Assembly (NCBI GenBank): GCA_002269645.1
Contig: NIVC01003324.1
Location: 1 to 64,000 of the forward strand
Length of the DNA: 64,000 nt
Reading direction: 5' to 3'
Origin: Macrostomum lignano
Taxonomy: Eukaryota
Shown: piece by piece, positions 14,945 through 27,780 of the stretch
How the letters are laid out: every line of letters starts with the position of its first letter
Position numbering within the stretch: the first letter of the stretch is position 1
Program-made: the position numbers and the translations under genes
Notes under the pieces: generated by a model
Told to the model about the DNA's origin: nothing
What the model saw: only the letters and a program-made list of their open reading frames with translations
Databases searched by the model: none

Positions 14945-15652
14945 TGGACATTGAATCTGGATAGAGAAACTCAATCCTAGCAATGAAGGCTAAATTGGCA
15001 TGGAGTGCTAGACATGGAATCTGGATAGGGAAACTCAATCCTGGCAATGGAGGCTAAATTGGCATGGAGTGCTAGACATGGAATCTGGATAGGGAAACTC
15101 AATCCTGGCAATAAAGGCGAAATTGGCATGGAGTGCTAGACATGGAATCTGGATAGGGAACCTCAATCCTGGCAATGGAGACTAAATTAGCATGGAATGC
15201 TAGACATGGAATGTGGATAGGGAAACTCAATCTTGGCTATAAAGGCTAAATTGGCATGGAGTGCTAGACATGGAATCTGGATAGGGAAACTCAATCCTGG
15301 CAATAAAGGCGAAATTGGCATGGAGTGCTAGACATGGAATCTGGATAGGGAAACTCAATCCTGGCAATAAAGGCTAAATTGGCATGGAGTGCTAGACATG
15401 GAATCTGGATAGGGAAACTCAATCCTGGCAATAAAGGCGAAATTGGCATGGAGTGCTAGACATGGAATCTGGATAGGGAAACTCAATCCTGGCAATAAAG
15501 ACTAAATTGGCATGGAGTGCTAGACATGGAATCTGGATAGGGAAACTCAATCCTGGCAATGGAGACTAAACTAGCATGGAGTGCTAGACATGGAATCTGG
15601 ATAGGGAAACTCAATCCTGGCAATGGAGGCTAAATTGTCATGGAGTGCTAGA
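14945..15652. repeat. 64-bp tandem repeat (ggcatggagtgctagacatggaatctggatagggaaactcaatcctggcaataaaggctaaatt), about 11 copies
   Basis: Period measured from unit starts at 15061 and 15125. Confidence 0.93.
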
Positions 15653-16519
15653 TTGGTTTGGGCATCTTAACAAGGAGTTCTAAAGCATAGTATCTGGATA
15701 GACAGCTGCTGATTTAGCCCAATTTAAGATACACATTAGCTCAGCTTGTATTGGTTCAAGGGGTGAAAAAACGACAAGAAAATATGTTTGGTCGTAGCCA
15801 ACCAGCTGTCCCCTGAAAACTCTTGTAGATTTGATGGGGGGAGGGGATTTTTATTTGCCTTTCTCCCTTCCAGGGGGAAGCGATGAAGCCTCCTCTCTGC
15901 CCGCCCTCCCCCTCTTTACAGGATAATCAGGCGAAGGCCTGAGGGTTTGCAAAAAACTGCTCACATGAGTATTGAGCATTGTTGTTACTGATATTGCACT
16001 CAGCTCTCGTAAAAAATCCGAATCCTAATTGCCCAGTCTTGCCACTCTGTCGTCGTATGAATATTTCATCACAAAAGTACATTTTAATATCCTTGACAAA
16101 TATGTTTTACAATTGGTAGAGTGGAATGTGGCTTAATTGAATAAATTTTATTGATCCAAACCTGCATTGTATTGTTAAGCAGAGTTAAATAGATTTCAAC
16201 TGCAAAATTATTTCATTACTACTTCCTATAGAAATTTTAGTAGTGTACCTCGCGTGTTTCTGTCAGGCTGATAGCGAGCACAAATTTTCCCAGGGGTGCT
16301 AGTCAGGCGTCAGACTTAATGCATTTTCAGTGCGTGCTGCTGGAGACAGAATATGATACCAGCAGCTGATCGATGCTTGATGAAGCAGCTCTTTTATCGA
16401 TCTGTGTGACCCAGCCGAATCGCCGAATGAGAACATAGCAGTTTACAAGCCTGCCTGCTTTGCATGCGGCTTAGCCAAGCGTTAGTTGGGACTTTCGATT
16501 GCGAGCGCTGTTGGGAGCT

Positions 16520-16700
16520 GCTGGTGGCGCTGTTAGGGACGCCGTTAGGGACGCTGTTAGGGGAGCTGTCAAGGGGTTGTTAGGGGCTGTTAGGGGGGCT
16601 TCTAGGGGCTGTTAGGGGCTGTTAAGGGCTGTTAGGGGGGCTGTTAGGGGGGCTGTTAGGAGGCTGTTAGGGGCGCTGTCAGGGGGTTGTTAGGGGCGCA
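16520..16700. repeat. Short G-rich degenerate repeat (ctgttagggg)n
   Basis: Direct reading. Confidence 0.8.
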
Positions 16701-17281
16701 AAAATCAAGCATGCAATCGAGTATATCAACTAACGACAATGAACAAACGTGTTAAACTTTCTATTTCAGCAAACTATTTTTTTTCGGAAATAAATGAGAC
16801 TCAAAAAAGGTTTCTAAGAAACGAACATGTCAATGGCATGAATTCTAGTGATGCTGGAGTGCAATTAATGAAGATGAACTATTTCATTATCTCGCACATG
16901 GAGAACTTCTATCTAGGAGAGATGTAAGTACCGACAATTTTTTCGAGTTGAATAGTCGCTAGCCACTATAACGATACCATTACTAGAAAGCCTATATTGA
17001 GCGTAGTTAGGGAAATCATCAGCTTCCTTTTTCTCTCTTACGAGCTCTCTACAGTGCAAAATGAATATTCATGGTCTCATTAATACGGCAGCCATCGGCG
17101 GAGAGAGCGAGGCTGGAGAGAAGATTCGAATCTAGGAGGGAAAGTTGCAGCCAATCAGCGATGGGCATTTCGCCCCGCGGCGAAATTGAAGTATTTGAAG
17201 TGCAACTTCGAAAGATCGGGGTATAGCGCAAGTTTTAAAATCTTTTCTGGGAAATTTCGAAAGCGAAAAACACTGCAAACT

Positions 17282-19006
17282 ATGAATCGCAGGAACGGTT
17301 ATCCCTATGCTTCATCGGTGTCGTCTACAGACTCCGTGATGAACCCGATTCATGGAAGAAAAACCAGGCAGCAACAACCAAGCTTCATCAACGAATGGCA
17401 CAATAAGCGAAGAAAGCACGGGTGCCAAAATCAGTCACCAGCCGAGAAGTTGAACGACCTTGAGGTGATTTTCTACGGTAAAGTTTATCGACTATCAGGC
17501 CTGGGATCACTGGACCCGACGGCACTGTGCAGAGATTTGGTCTACGCCCTGGTCTGGTCTCAATGTCGGGCCAACGCCACAGAGCAGGATGAGACCGCTG
17601 ACTGCTGCTTTGATTGTCTGCAGACTGAAAGCGAGCGCTACGAAATGGTGGTCGAATTTCCAGGTGATTTTTTCAAGCTAGATAACACAGCCGCCTCACT
17701 CCCCAGATAATACAACCACACCACTCCCCAGATAACACAGTCACCCCACTCCCCAGATAACAGCCACCCCACTCCATGGATAACACAGCCACCCATAGAT
17801 AACACAGCCACCCATAGATAACACAGCCACCCATAGATAACACAGCCACCCATAGATAACACAGCCACCCATAGATAACACAGCCACCCATAGATAACAC
17901 AGCCACCCATAGATAACACAGCCACCCATAGATAACACAGCCACCCATAGATAACACAGCCACCCATAGATAACACAGCCACCCATAGATAACACAGCCA
18001 CCCATAGATAACACAGCCACCCATAGATAACACAGCCACCCATAGATAACACAGCCACCCATAGATAACACAGCCACCCATAGATAACACAGCCACCCAT
18101 AGATAACACAGCCACCCATAGATAACACAGCCACCCATAGATAACACAGCCACCCATAGATAACACAGCCACCCATAGATAACACAGCCACCCATAGATA
18201 ACACAGCCACCCATAGATAACACAGCCACCCCACTCCCCAGTAAAGACAGCCACCCCACTCCCCAAAAAACACAACCACCCCGATCCCCAGATATCACAG
18301 CAACTCCACTCCCTAGATAGAGCCAGCCCCATCTACTAGTGGGTAATCCCCCAGTTTTTAGTCCCTCCAGCCTCTTCCCTCTTCACCCGAAAACCCAGGC
18401 AAGCTGAAGCGAGTCCGCAACAATCTAACCGTCGAACGATTTCTACGTCGGCTCCGCCGTCATCGTCAAAACTACCGACTTCGGGTACGACCTCGTCGAC
18501 TTACTCGCCGGGTCACATTTGAGGTTAAAGACAACAGCGCCACCGCTGGCAGCAACCAGGAAGCCACCAAAGCCATCGAGGTTCAGGATGTGGACGAATC
18601 CGGCAAGCTGATCCGCGACTGGATGCGCCGACTCAACCTCGACACGAAGACCAACAACTCTACCTGCACAACTGCTGCGGTTGGCGCATCTCGCAGCCGC
18701 AGGCGCCGGGTTGTGGAAGTTCGTCTGCTGTCAACCACGACAACGCTGGTCGAGGCAGCGACAGACTGTCCAACCAACGGTGGCTGCAGCGCCGACAGCG
18801 ACACGGGCGTGAGCAGCATGGATCCGGCAGACTCCGATCGGCTCTGCTGCCCGCATCGGCGGCGCTCCTTTCAGCGGTGCATGTACAAACCGAAGTTTGC
18901 CAACAGCCGCGGCAAACAGCCATTGAAAGGATTCAGGATGTACCTGACCGAATGCTTGGCTGACTGCGACACGCCGGACATCATGTACTTTGCTACGCTT
19001 GTCTGA
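17282..19006 (+). CDS. RA/ubiquitin-like domain protein, N-terminal RASSF (RASSF7-10)-like; join(17282..17663,18399..19006), about 329 aa
   Basis: Phase-1 GT-AG intron joins ...YEMVVEFP-G-KLKRVRNNLTVERFL... in frame to the 19006 stop. LEVIFYGKVYRLSGL..TALCRDLVYAL...RYEMVVEF resembles the N-RASSF RA pattern (LKVWVDG..R.VCGV...TTCQEVVIAL...RY.L.E). Family call made by eye. Confidence 0.6.
17680..18240. repeat. 19-bp intronic minisatellite (gataacacagccacccata)
   Basis: Fills the 17664-18398 intron. Confidence 0.95.
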
Positions 19007-19269
19007 CAGTTTGAAAAGTGCATTGGGAAAGTCTGCTACTTGTAAAACTTGTTACTTGTTGATGTAACATTCTCGTTCTATTATCTGATGCTATGAGTAG
19101 GATGATGTATTATGAAAATTCTTATCCTCACTTTGAGAACTTTATAATTCCCCCTAATAGTCTCGATTCTCGATATTCTCAGACCTAGACCGACTGATCA
19201 ATCTAGATAATCTCGCACCGATACTGTCTAAATCTTCAGGATAATCCTATAGAATCTTGATTTTTTCTT

Positions 19270-19870
19270 AAGATAATCTCACACAGAGACTTGATAATTT
19301 CTAACGATAATCTCACACTGACACTTGATTATTCCGCAAGATAATCTCACATTGAGACTTGATAATTCCGCAAGATAATCTCACATTGAGACTTGATAAT
19401 TCCGCAAGATAATCCCACACTGAGACTTGATAATTCCGCAAGATAATCTCAAATTGAGACTTGATAATTCCGCAAGATAATCTCACACTGACACTTGATT
19501 ATTCCGCAAGATAATCTCACATTGAGACTTGATAATTCCGCAAGATAATCTCACATTGAGACTTGATAATTCCGCAAGATAATCTCACACTGACACTTGA
19601 TTATTCCGCAAGATAATCTCACATTGAGACTTGATAATTCCGCAAGATAATCTCACACTGACACTTGATAATTCCGCAAGATAATCTCACATTGAGACTT
19701 GATAATTCCGCAAGATAATCTCACACTGACACTTGATTATTCCGCAAGATAATCTCACATTGAGACTTGATAATTCCGCAAGATAATCCCACACTGAGAC
19801 TTGATAATTTCGCAAGATAATCCCACACTGAGACTTGATAATTCTGCAAGATAATCTCACACTGAGACTC
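19270..19870. repeat. 34-bp minisatellite (gataatctcacattgagacttgataattccgcaa)
   Basis: Direct reading; same family as 24890-25820. Confidence 0.93.
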
Positions 19871-20546
19871 GACAAACTACAGATACTTGCTAGCCAGAAC
19901 CATAAATAGCTTTTATTGATTGTTAAATATATTTCATTCAGATCAGTCTAGATCCACTACTGTTTCTCGAATCGCCATCACAGTAAGCCAAGGTCAAGCC
20001 TGTTAATAAACAAATATATCCAGTAATATCCAGTAAAGCAGGAAAAACAGACTGCTAAACTATATTTGACGTATCCTGGTCACCTAGGCAGAGAAACTGC
20101 AGAGCGCACAGCTGTAGAAACATCAGGATATTAGGCGGCGCATGCCCCTGTCTCTCTCGTCTACAGAAACACCATCGGACGGCAGACAGCCAGACAGACA
20201 CGTTTAGTTGCCAGGCCAGAAAATAGCCTATAATAGCCCTTATCCACCCAAGGAAACATGCTGACCTCAATTCTGACACATCCAGGATGTGCAACTGTTG
20301 CGTGCTAGGACAGGGCTTGGGTCATCTGTCCACCAAGTCTGTCCAAAAGCATGCCGATGCTGCACTGTTGCTAAGCTGCTGTTCGTCTCAGGGAACCGGG
20401 GGGATGACCGCTGTAAACTACATGTAGGATGAATGACTCAGCGCTCGCAGTAAAATAGGCTGGCTGAAGGCCAACACAACTATATCCTGAGTGACTGGCA
20501 TTTGTGCGTTCTCTTTCTGGGACCCAAAAGTTGCAGTCTGGGTATA

Positions 20547-21420
20547 CAGACTGGGAGCTACAGACTGGGAGCTACAGACTGGGAGCTACAGACTGGGAGC
20601 TACAGACTGGGAGCTACAGACTGGGAGCTACAGACTGGGAGCTACAGACTGGGAGCTACAGACTGGGAGCTACAGACTGGGAGCTACAGACTGGGAGCTA
20701 CAGACTGGGAGCTACAGACTGGGAGCTACAGACTGGGAGCTACAGACTGGGAGCTACAGACTGGGAGCTACAGACTGGGAGCTACAGACTGGGAGCTACA
20801 GACTGGGAGCTACAGACTGGGAGCTACAGACTGGGAGCTACAGACTGGGAGCTACAGACTGGGAGCTACAGACTGGGAGCTACAGACTGGGAGCTACAGA
20901 CTGGGAGCTACAGACTGGGAGCTACAGACTGGGAGCTACAGACTGGGAGCTACAGACTGGGAGCTACAGACTGGGAGCTACAGACTGGGAGCTACAGACT
21001 GGGAGCTACAGACTGGGAGCTACAGACTGGGAGCTACAGACTGGGAGCTACAGACTGGGAGCTACAGACTGGGAGCTACAGACTGGGAGCTACAGACTGG
21101 GAGCTACAGACTGGGAGCTACAGACTGGGAGCTACAGACTGGGAGCTACAGACTGGGAGCTACAGACTGGGAGCTACAGACTGGGAGCTACAGACTGGGA
21201 GCTACAGACTGGGAGCTACAGACTGGGAGCTACAGACTGGGAGCTACAGACTGGGAGCTACAGACTGGGAGCTACAGACTGGGAGCTACAGACTGGGAGC
21301 TACAGACTGGGAGCTACAGACTGGGAGCTACAGACTGGGAGCTACAGACTGGGAGCTACAGACTGGGAGCTACAGACTGGGAGCTACAGACTGGGAGCTA
21401 CAGACTGGGAGCTACAAACT
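20547..21420. repeat. 14-bp minisatellite (cagactgggagcta), about 62 essentially identical copies
   Basis: Direct reading; explains three overlapping repeat ORFs. Confidence 0.97.
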
Positions 21421-21861
21421 GGGGAATTTCCAAAGCCCGAAAAATACCCATCGTGTAAAAGTCCTACATCGTGTTGACAGGATGGGAAAATCTTTCACCG
21501 CCGCGGGAACAAACAGAAGCAAAGAAGTAACGACAATAGAAATACTGAGGCTTGAAGAAAAGAGCTCATATTGGTCCAACAGATTCGCAGAGACAGATGG
21601 TATGCGGATAAACCAACCCAACTAAACTTTAATAGCGGGTGACTCCGCCCAAACTTGATTTGCAGGAGCTTGGATAATTTGCAGGCAGGGCCATCCTTAC
21701 CGAATCGGTTTCCTTTCCCTGCGAGTTCGAGATGAATCTGAATTCGATAGAGATGAGGCCCGGTTGTTAGGAGAGAGACAGACGGATGGAAGACGTCTAA
21801 ATCCTTCCACAGCGAGCTGATGATGAGGTCGAGTTTGCCTTGGTAAGAAGCTGAATCACCG

Positions 21862-22422
21862 AGTCACTCAACCAGTCACTCCTCCAGTCACTCCTCCAGT
21901 CACTCCTCCAGTCACTCCTCCAGTCACTCCTCCAGTCAATCCTCCAGTCACTCCTCCAGTCAATCCTCCAGTCACTCCTCCAGTCACTCCTCCAGTCACT
22001 CCTCCAGTCAATCCTCCAGTCACTCCTCCAGTCACTCCTCCAGTCAATCCTCCAGTCACTCCTCCAGTCACTCCTCCAGTCACTCCTCCAGTCACTCCTC
22101 CAGTCACTCCTCCAGTCACTCCTCCAGTCACTCCTCCAGTCACTCCTCCAGTCACTCCTCCAGTCACTCCTCCAGTCACTCCTCCAGTCACTCCTCCAGT
22201 CACTCCTCCAGTCACTCCTCCAGTCACTCCTCCAGTCACTCCTCCAGTCACTCCTCCAGTCACTCCTCCAGTCAATCCTCCAGTCACTCCTCCAGTCACT
22301 CCTCCAGTCACTCCTCCAGTCACTCCTCCAGTCACTCCTCCAGTCACTCCTCCAGTCACTCCTCCAGTCACTCCTCCAGTCAATCCTCCAGTCACTCCTC
22401 CAGTCACTCCTCCAGTCACTCA
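21862..22422. repeat. 12-bp minisatellite (cagtcactcctc)
   Basis: Direct reading. Confidence 0.96.
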
Positions 22423-22614
22423 CTCACTCACCCTCCGAATGATGAATAAATTAATTTACAAAGCTTAAATCCCAAACAGTAAAAATGGCCGTATGCTGCA
22501 TTCCATCATTAAACTGGCTTAAGGGCCACAAACTGCAGTAAGAGTTACACGCTCAGACCGTGCTATTGCGGATCGGCAAAGTTTTATAGCCCAAGCATCA
22601 GCTCTCGTGATTAG

Positions 22615-22940
22615 ATAACGGAGCTGGGAAGCCGCGGCAGTCCTCCCCCCTCTTACCCCCCGGGGCGATTCAAATCCTCCGTCAGCATCATTGAATCTGA
22701 CGGGAAGGGGAAGCGCCGGCGTCCGGCCGACCCACCCCCTGCTGCGATTGCCCAGTCGAACAAATTGGATAATGACATAATGAGAGAGCTAGGCCGCCTT
22801 GGCCGGTCAGGGGCGAAAATGTTTGGGTCAAAGTCGGATTTCATCAAACAAATTGCTGGCTGCGTGGAGGACTGCCTGACGGAGATGTCTTTTAGAAATC
22901 TGGCTGGCTCTCTACTTCATGCGTTTGATATGAGTCTTTC
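22615..22940 (+). CDS. Putative internal exon of an unidentified gene
   Basis: After gattag the frame is open: ITELGSRGSPPPSYPPGRFKSSV...DNDIMRELGRLGRSGAKMFGSKSDFIKQIAGCVEDCLTEMSFRNLAG. No convincing donor; the opposite strand is also open. Confidence 0.3.
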
Positions 22941-22944
22941 CTGT

Positions 22945-24290
22945 CTATCTGCCACTCTCCTCCCGATCTATCTGCCACTCTCCTCCCGATCTATCTGCCA
23001 CTCTCCTCCCGATCTATCTGCCACTCTCCTCCCGATCTATCTGCCACTCTCCTCCCGATCTATCTGCCACTCTCCTCCCGATCTATCTGCCACTCTCCTC
23101 CCGATCTATCTGCCACTCTCCTCCCAATCTATCTGCCACTCTCTCCTCCCGATCTATCTGCTACTCTCCTCCCGATCTATCTGCCACTCTCCTCCCGATC
23201 TATCTGCCACTCTCCTCCCGATCTATCTGCCACTCTCCTGATCTATCTGCTACTCTCCTCCGCGATCTATCTGCTACTCTCCTCCCGATCTATCTGCCTC
23301 TCCTCCCGATCTATCTGCCACTCTCCTCCCGATCTATCTGCCACTCTCACGATCTATCTGCCACTCTCCTGATCTATCTGCTACTCTCCTCCCGATCTAT
23401 CTGCCACTCTCCTCCCGATCTATCTGCCACTCTCCTCCCGATCTATCTGCTACTCTCCTCCCGATCTATCTGCCACTCTCCTCCCGATCTATCTGCCACT
23501 CTCCTCCCGATCTATCTGCCACTCTCCTCCCGATCGATCTGCCACTCTCCTGATCTATCTGCTACTCTCCTCCCGATCTATCTGCCACTCTCCTCCCGAT
23601 CTATCTGCCACTCTCCTCCCGATCTATCTGCCACTCTCCTCCCGATCTATCTGCCACTCTCCTCACAATCTATCTGCTACTCTCCTCCCGATCTATCTGC
23701 TACTCTCCTCCCGATCTATCTGCCACTCTCCTCCCGATCTATCTGCCACTCTCCTGATCTATCTGCTACTCTCCTCCCGATCTATCTGCTACTCTCCTCC
23801 CGATCTATCTGCCACTCTCCTCCCGATCTATCTGCCACTCTCCCGATCTATCTGCCACTCTCCTGATCTATCTGCTACTCTCCTCCCGATCTATCTGCCA
23901 CTCTCCTCCCGATCTATCTGCTACTCTCCTCCCGATCTATCTGCTACTCTCCTCCCGATCTATCTGCCACTCTCCTCCCGATCTATCTGCCACTCTCCTC
24001 CCGATCTATCTGCCACTCTCCTCCCGATCTATCTGCCACTCTCCTGATCTATCTGCTACTCTCCTCCCGATCTATCTGCCACTCTCCTCCCGATCTATCT
24101 GCCACTCTCCTGATCTATCTGCTACTCTCCTCCCGATCTATCTGCCACTCTCCTTCCGATCTATCTGTCACTCTCCTCCCGATCTATCTGCTACTTTCCT
24201 CACAATCTATCTGCCACTCTCCTCCCGATCTATCTGCCTGCCACTCTAAACTAGATCTATCTGCCACTCTCTTGCTGATCTAATCTGCCA
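22945..24290. repeat. 23-bp minisatellite (gatctatctgccactctcctccc)
   Basis: Direct reading. Confidence 0.95.
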
Positions 24291-24889
24291 CTGACATCTG
24301 GATCGATATGCCCCTCTTCTCTTGATCTGCCAGTTTCAGCTGTCTATCTGACCATTTAAAATTCGATCTACCTGCCCCACAACTATCGCTCTACCTACCA
24401 GCAATGCTTCTTCATCTGCTAACCTTCTTTTCCATTGAACTTTTTTTCACAGAAAATATTACATCTGCTTAGAAATTCAAATTCAAATTACCAAGTAAGT
24501 AAGTAAGTACTAGTAAGTATTCTAGTGACAAGTTGAGCGTGGGAACCAAAGGCCTAGATTTAAAAAATCTGTACGAGACTGAACTAACGCAGAACTGCAA
24601 AAGTAAAAATATCTGGAAATTTTAGCTTAAAAAAGAAATTTCGACTTTGTCAGAAGCCAGAGCTGAATTTATACCAGATCAAACTGAACCGCAGCTAAAC
24701 AGAAAGAAAAACAGCATTAAAATTAATGTTACCATTACTTGGCAGGCTTTTCATTTTTTTCTTTTTACATTCCAACTGTGTACTTTATGAATAGGCTGTC
24801 AAGAAAGGGGACGGCTTTCTTGCATGGTAACTTTCTGATTTCATTAGATGATCTCTAACATGGTGGCTTGCTACGAGCTAATTTCCCTA

Positions 24890-25820
24890 GATAATCTCAC
24901 ACTGGGACCTGCTAATTCCCTTAGATAATCTCACACTGAGATCTGCTAATTTCCCTATAATCTCATGCTAAGACTTCATAATTCCCCAAAAAATCTCACG
25001 CTGGGACTCCCTAATTCCCATAGATACTCTCACACTGAGACTCCCTAATTCTCCAAATAATCTCACACTAATAAGACTCCCTAATTCCCCTAGATAATCT
25101 CACACTGAGACCTGCTAATTCCCCTAGATAATCTCACCCTGAGATCTGCTAATTTCCCTATAATCTCATGCTAAGACTTCATAATTCCCCAAAAAATCTC
25201 ACGCTGGGACTCCCTAATTCCCCAAATAATCTCACGCTGAAACTCCCTAATTCCCATAGATACTCTCACACTGAGACTCCCTAATTCTCCAAATAATCTC
25301 ACACTAATAAGACTCCCTAATTCCCCTAGATAATCTCACACTGAGACCTGCTAATTCCCTTAGATAATCTCACCCTGAGATCTGCTAATTTCCCTATAAT
25401 CTCATGCTAAGACTCCATAATTCCCCAAAAAATCTCACGCTGGGACTCCCTAATTCCCCAAATAATCTCACGCTGAAACTCCCTAATTCCCCTAGATAAT
25501 CTCACACTGAGACCTGCTAATTTCCCTAGATAATCTCATACTGAGACTCCCTAATTCCCCAAATAATCTCACATTGAGACTCCCTAATTCCCCTAAATAA
25601 TCTCAAACTGAGACTTGATAATTTACCTAGATAATCTCACACTGAGACTCCCTAATTCCCCAAATAATCTCACACTGAGACTTGCTAATTCTCCTAGATA
25701 ATCTCACACTGAGACTCCCTAATTTCCCTGGGTAATCTCATAATGGAGCTTTATAATTTCCTTAGATAATCTCATAATGAGACTTGTTAGTTCCCTAAGA
25801 TAATCTAACAATGAAACGTT
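24890..25820. repeat. ~33-34-bp minisatellite (gataatctcacactgagactccctaattcccc..) with higher-order blocks
   Basis: Direct reading; shares gataatctcaca.tgagac with the 19270 array. Confidence 0.9.
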
Positions 25821-26412
25821 TTAATTCCCCCAGATAACTTCACAAAATAAAATTCATCTAGAAACCCTTGATTCAGCTAGGAATCAAGACTTTCAACCGT
25901 CCCTCCTTTTGAAAATTTCCTATTAATACTTGAAACTCACTCCAAAGACAATACAAAACGCAATTCTGTCTATAAAAATCCTTACGTTACGTTACGAGAA
26001 GCGAAAGCAAAACATCTGCTACTTTGCTTGACAACAGACCCGGTGCAGCCATTTGTGAGTGCCATTGCACTTAAAACCGTTGGAACTCGTTTGAAAATGA
26101 AGTTTAAATTATTCAATAGCCATATTGGGAAAGTGCGGTTTGGCTTTTACATGGATTTCAGGCAAGCCGCCGATGAAAGCAAATATTTACATAGGCATGG
26201 TTAAGTCTCCAAGAGCAGAGCTCAGTTCTGCACAGGTGAAGGATGGGAGAGTTCTACCGCAAAGCAGCAACAGGTATTGTGAAGTGAGGCTCTGTTTTTT
26301 CTATTAAAGAGGAGGTCTGGGCTGGCTGAGAATTCAGCATTTAGAATACAGGAGAGAATTAAAACACAGAGTGGCTCTGCAATCGGCGGGTTCCTCAAGC
26401 AGAACTTGAGAA

Positions 26413-27179
26413 ATGAAGTCAACAGTGCTGCTTCTTCTGCTCGCTCTCTGTGAGACAGTCAGTGGTCAGCAGTGCCGATCCACCTTCGAGCCGGTGACAG
26501 CCAGCCTGTGCATCAACAGCAAGTTCACGGAGGTCATCAGCATTGACCCATCCGGTCCTACCTCGGAGATGCAGTGCTCAGTGCAGTGCAACATCAGACA
26601 GCGCTGCCAGGCATTCAGCACTGCAGACGGTCCGTGCCAGCTGTTCGTGTTCGACAGGTGCAGCAAAGGCGTGAGGAACTGCAGCTGCTCTCGGACAGGC
26701 CGGCTGTTTGTGAAGAGCCAGCTGGGACTGCAGCCAGGCCGCCTGTGTCCGGCTGGCTATGCCGATGAGCGGTGCGGAGTGAAGTACAAGGTGTACCCGA
26801 TCTCTGGCAACTGGTGGGACGCCAAGCAGAGGTGCGAGAATGATAGCGGACTGGTGATCATGGCGGATGTGGAGGATGCAGCTGAGATGTCCTTCATTGA
26901 CAAACGCTTCAATGCTGCGTACTTCAGCCAGTCGAAGTCAATGTGGCTCGGAGGCTACCAGTCACCGGGCAGCCGGGAGCCGGCTGGTTCTGGGTCGGCT
27001 GCAACACCAGCTTGACCAGCGGCCTGTGGGGCACCGGGCAGCCGGACAATGCCTCCACAATAGACGAGAACACGGTGCACAGGTTTCATGGAATGCCGGG
27101 TCTCAATGATTTCCCAGCCTCTCCGCCGGTCAACAGACCGCCATTCGTGCTGTGCGAGTGCGTGTCGCCATTCAACTGA
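26413..27179 (+). pseudogene. Secreted PAN/apple + C-type lectin domain protein, intronless, with one frameshift as given
   Basis: Signal peptide MKSTVLLLLLALCETVSG; apple-like C..QC..RQRCQAF....CQLF; CTLD WWDAKQRCE...MWLGGYQ, continuing in the -1 frame near 26980 as GWFWVGC...WGTGQPDN...LND...FVLCE to the 27179 stop. Confidence 0.85.
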
Positions 27180-27698
27180 TCCTCAACTGCAGTGCACAGC
27201 TGTTCCTGCCGAAATCTCCAAGAAAGCCCTTCAATCAACAAAGTTATCAACGACGTCATAAGCTGTGGGACTTGAAGACGTCAATCAAGTATACATAAAT
27301 ATTGACACCTTAGAAAAACATTGTACGTATAATTTTCTGCATTTGCAATACGCTCGTATTATCTCAAAACTGTCAAACAAATCCAACAATTCTTAGAATA
27401 CAAATTAGGATTTATCCCAGGCAGATTTAACAAGACGCTTGCTAGCGACAACCACAGCTGGACAGAATATATTTACTGTCACACCGACTGACAATGTTAC
27501 AATCAGCACGGGGCTACGGGACAAATACTCGTACAACTATGCAACCGGTTCTCAGTTTTCAAGCAGACTCAATCAAGTCACTAAAAGGAACCGGCCAGGT
27601 TTCACAAGCTCGAAAAGTGCAGCCTTTGACTATCTCTCTGCTTCGACCCCTGGATCGATATTTGGGTCAGTAGTTTGTCGTTCGGTTCACACCCGTGA

Positions 27699-27780
27699 GG
27701 GCCAACCCCCTAACAAGGCACGGAGACTGTACATTCCCGACGATTAGAGAAAGTCAGGGCCGCTGTACACCCTGTGTGAG
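27699..27780 (+). other. Dispersed ~80-nt repeat core, copy 4
   Basis: gggccaaccccctaacaaggcacggagactgtacattcccgacgattagagaaagtcagggccgctgtacaccctgtgtgag. Confidence 0.78.

Noticed and set aside
14945-15652. Regular 64-bp array, and the 32-bp arrays, as possible CRISPR
   Set aside because: Units are near-identical along their whole length with no unique spacers and no cas genes; the context is eukaryotic.
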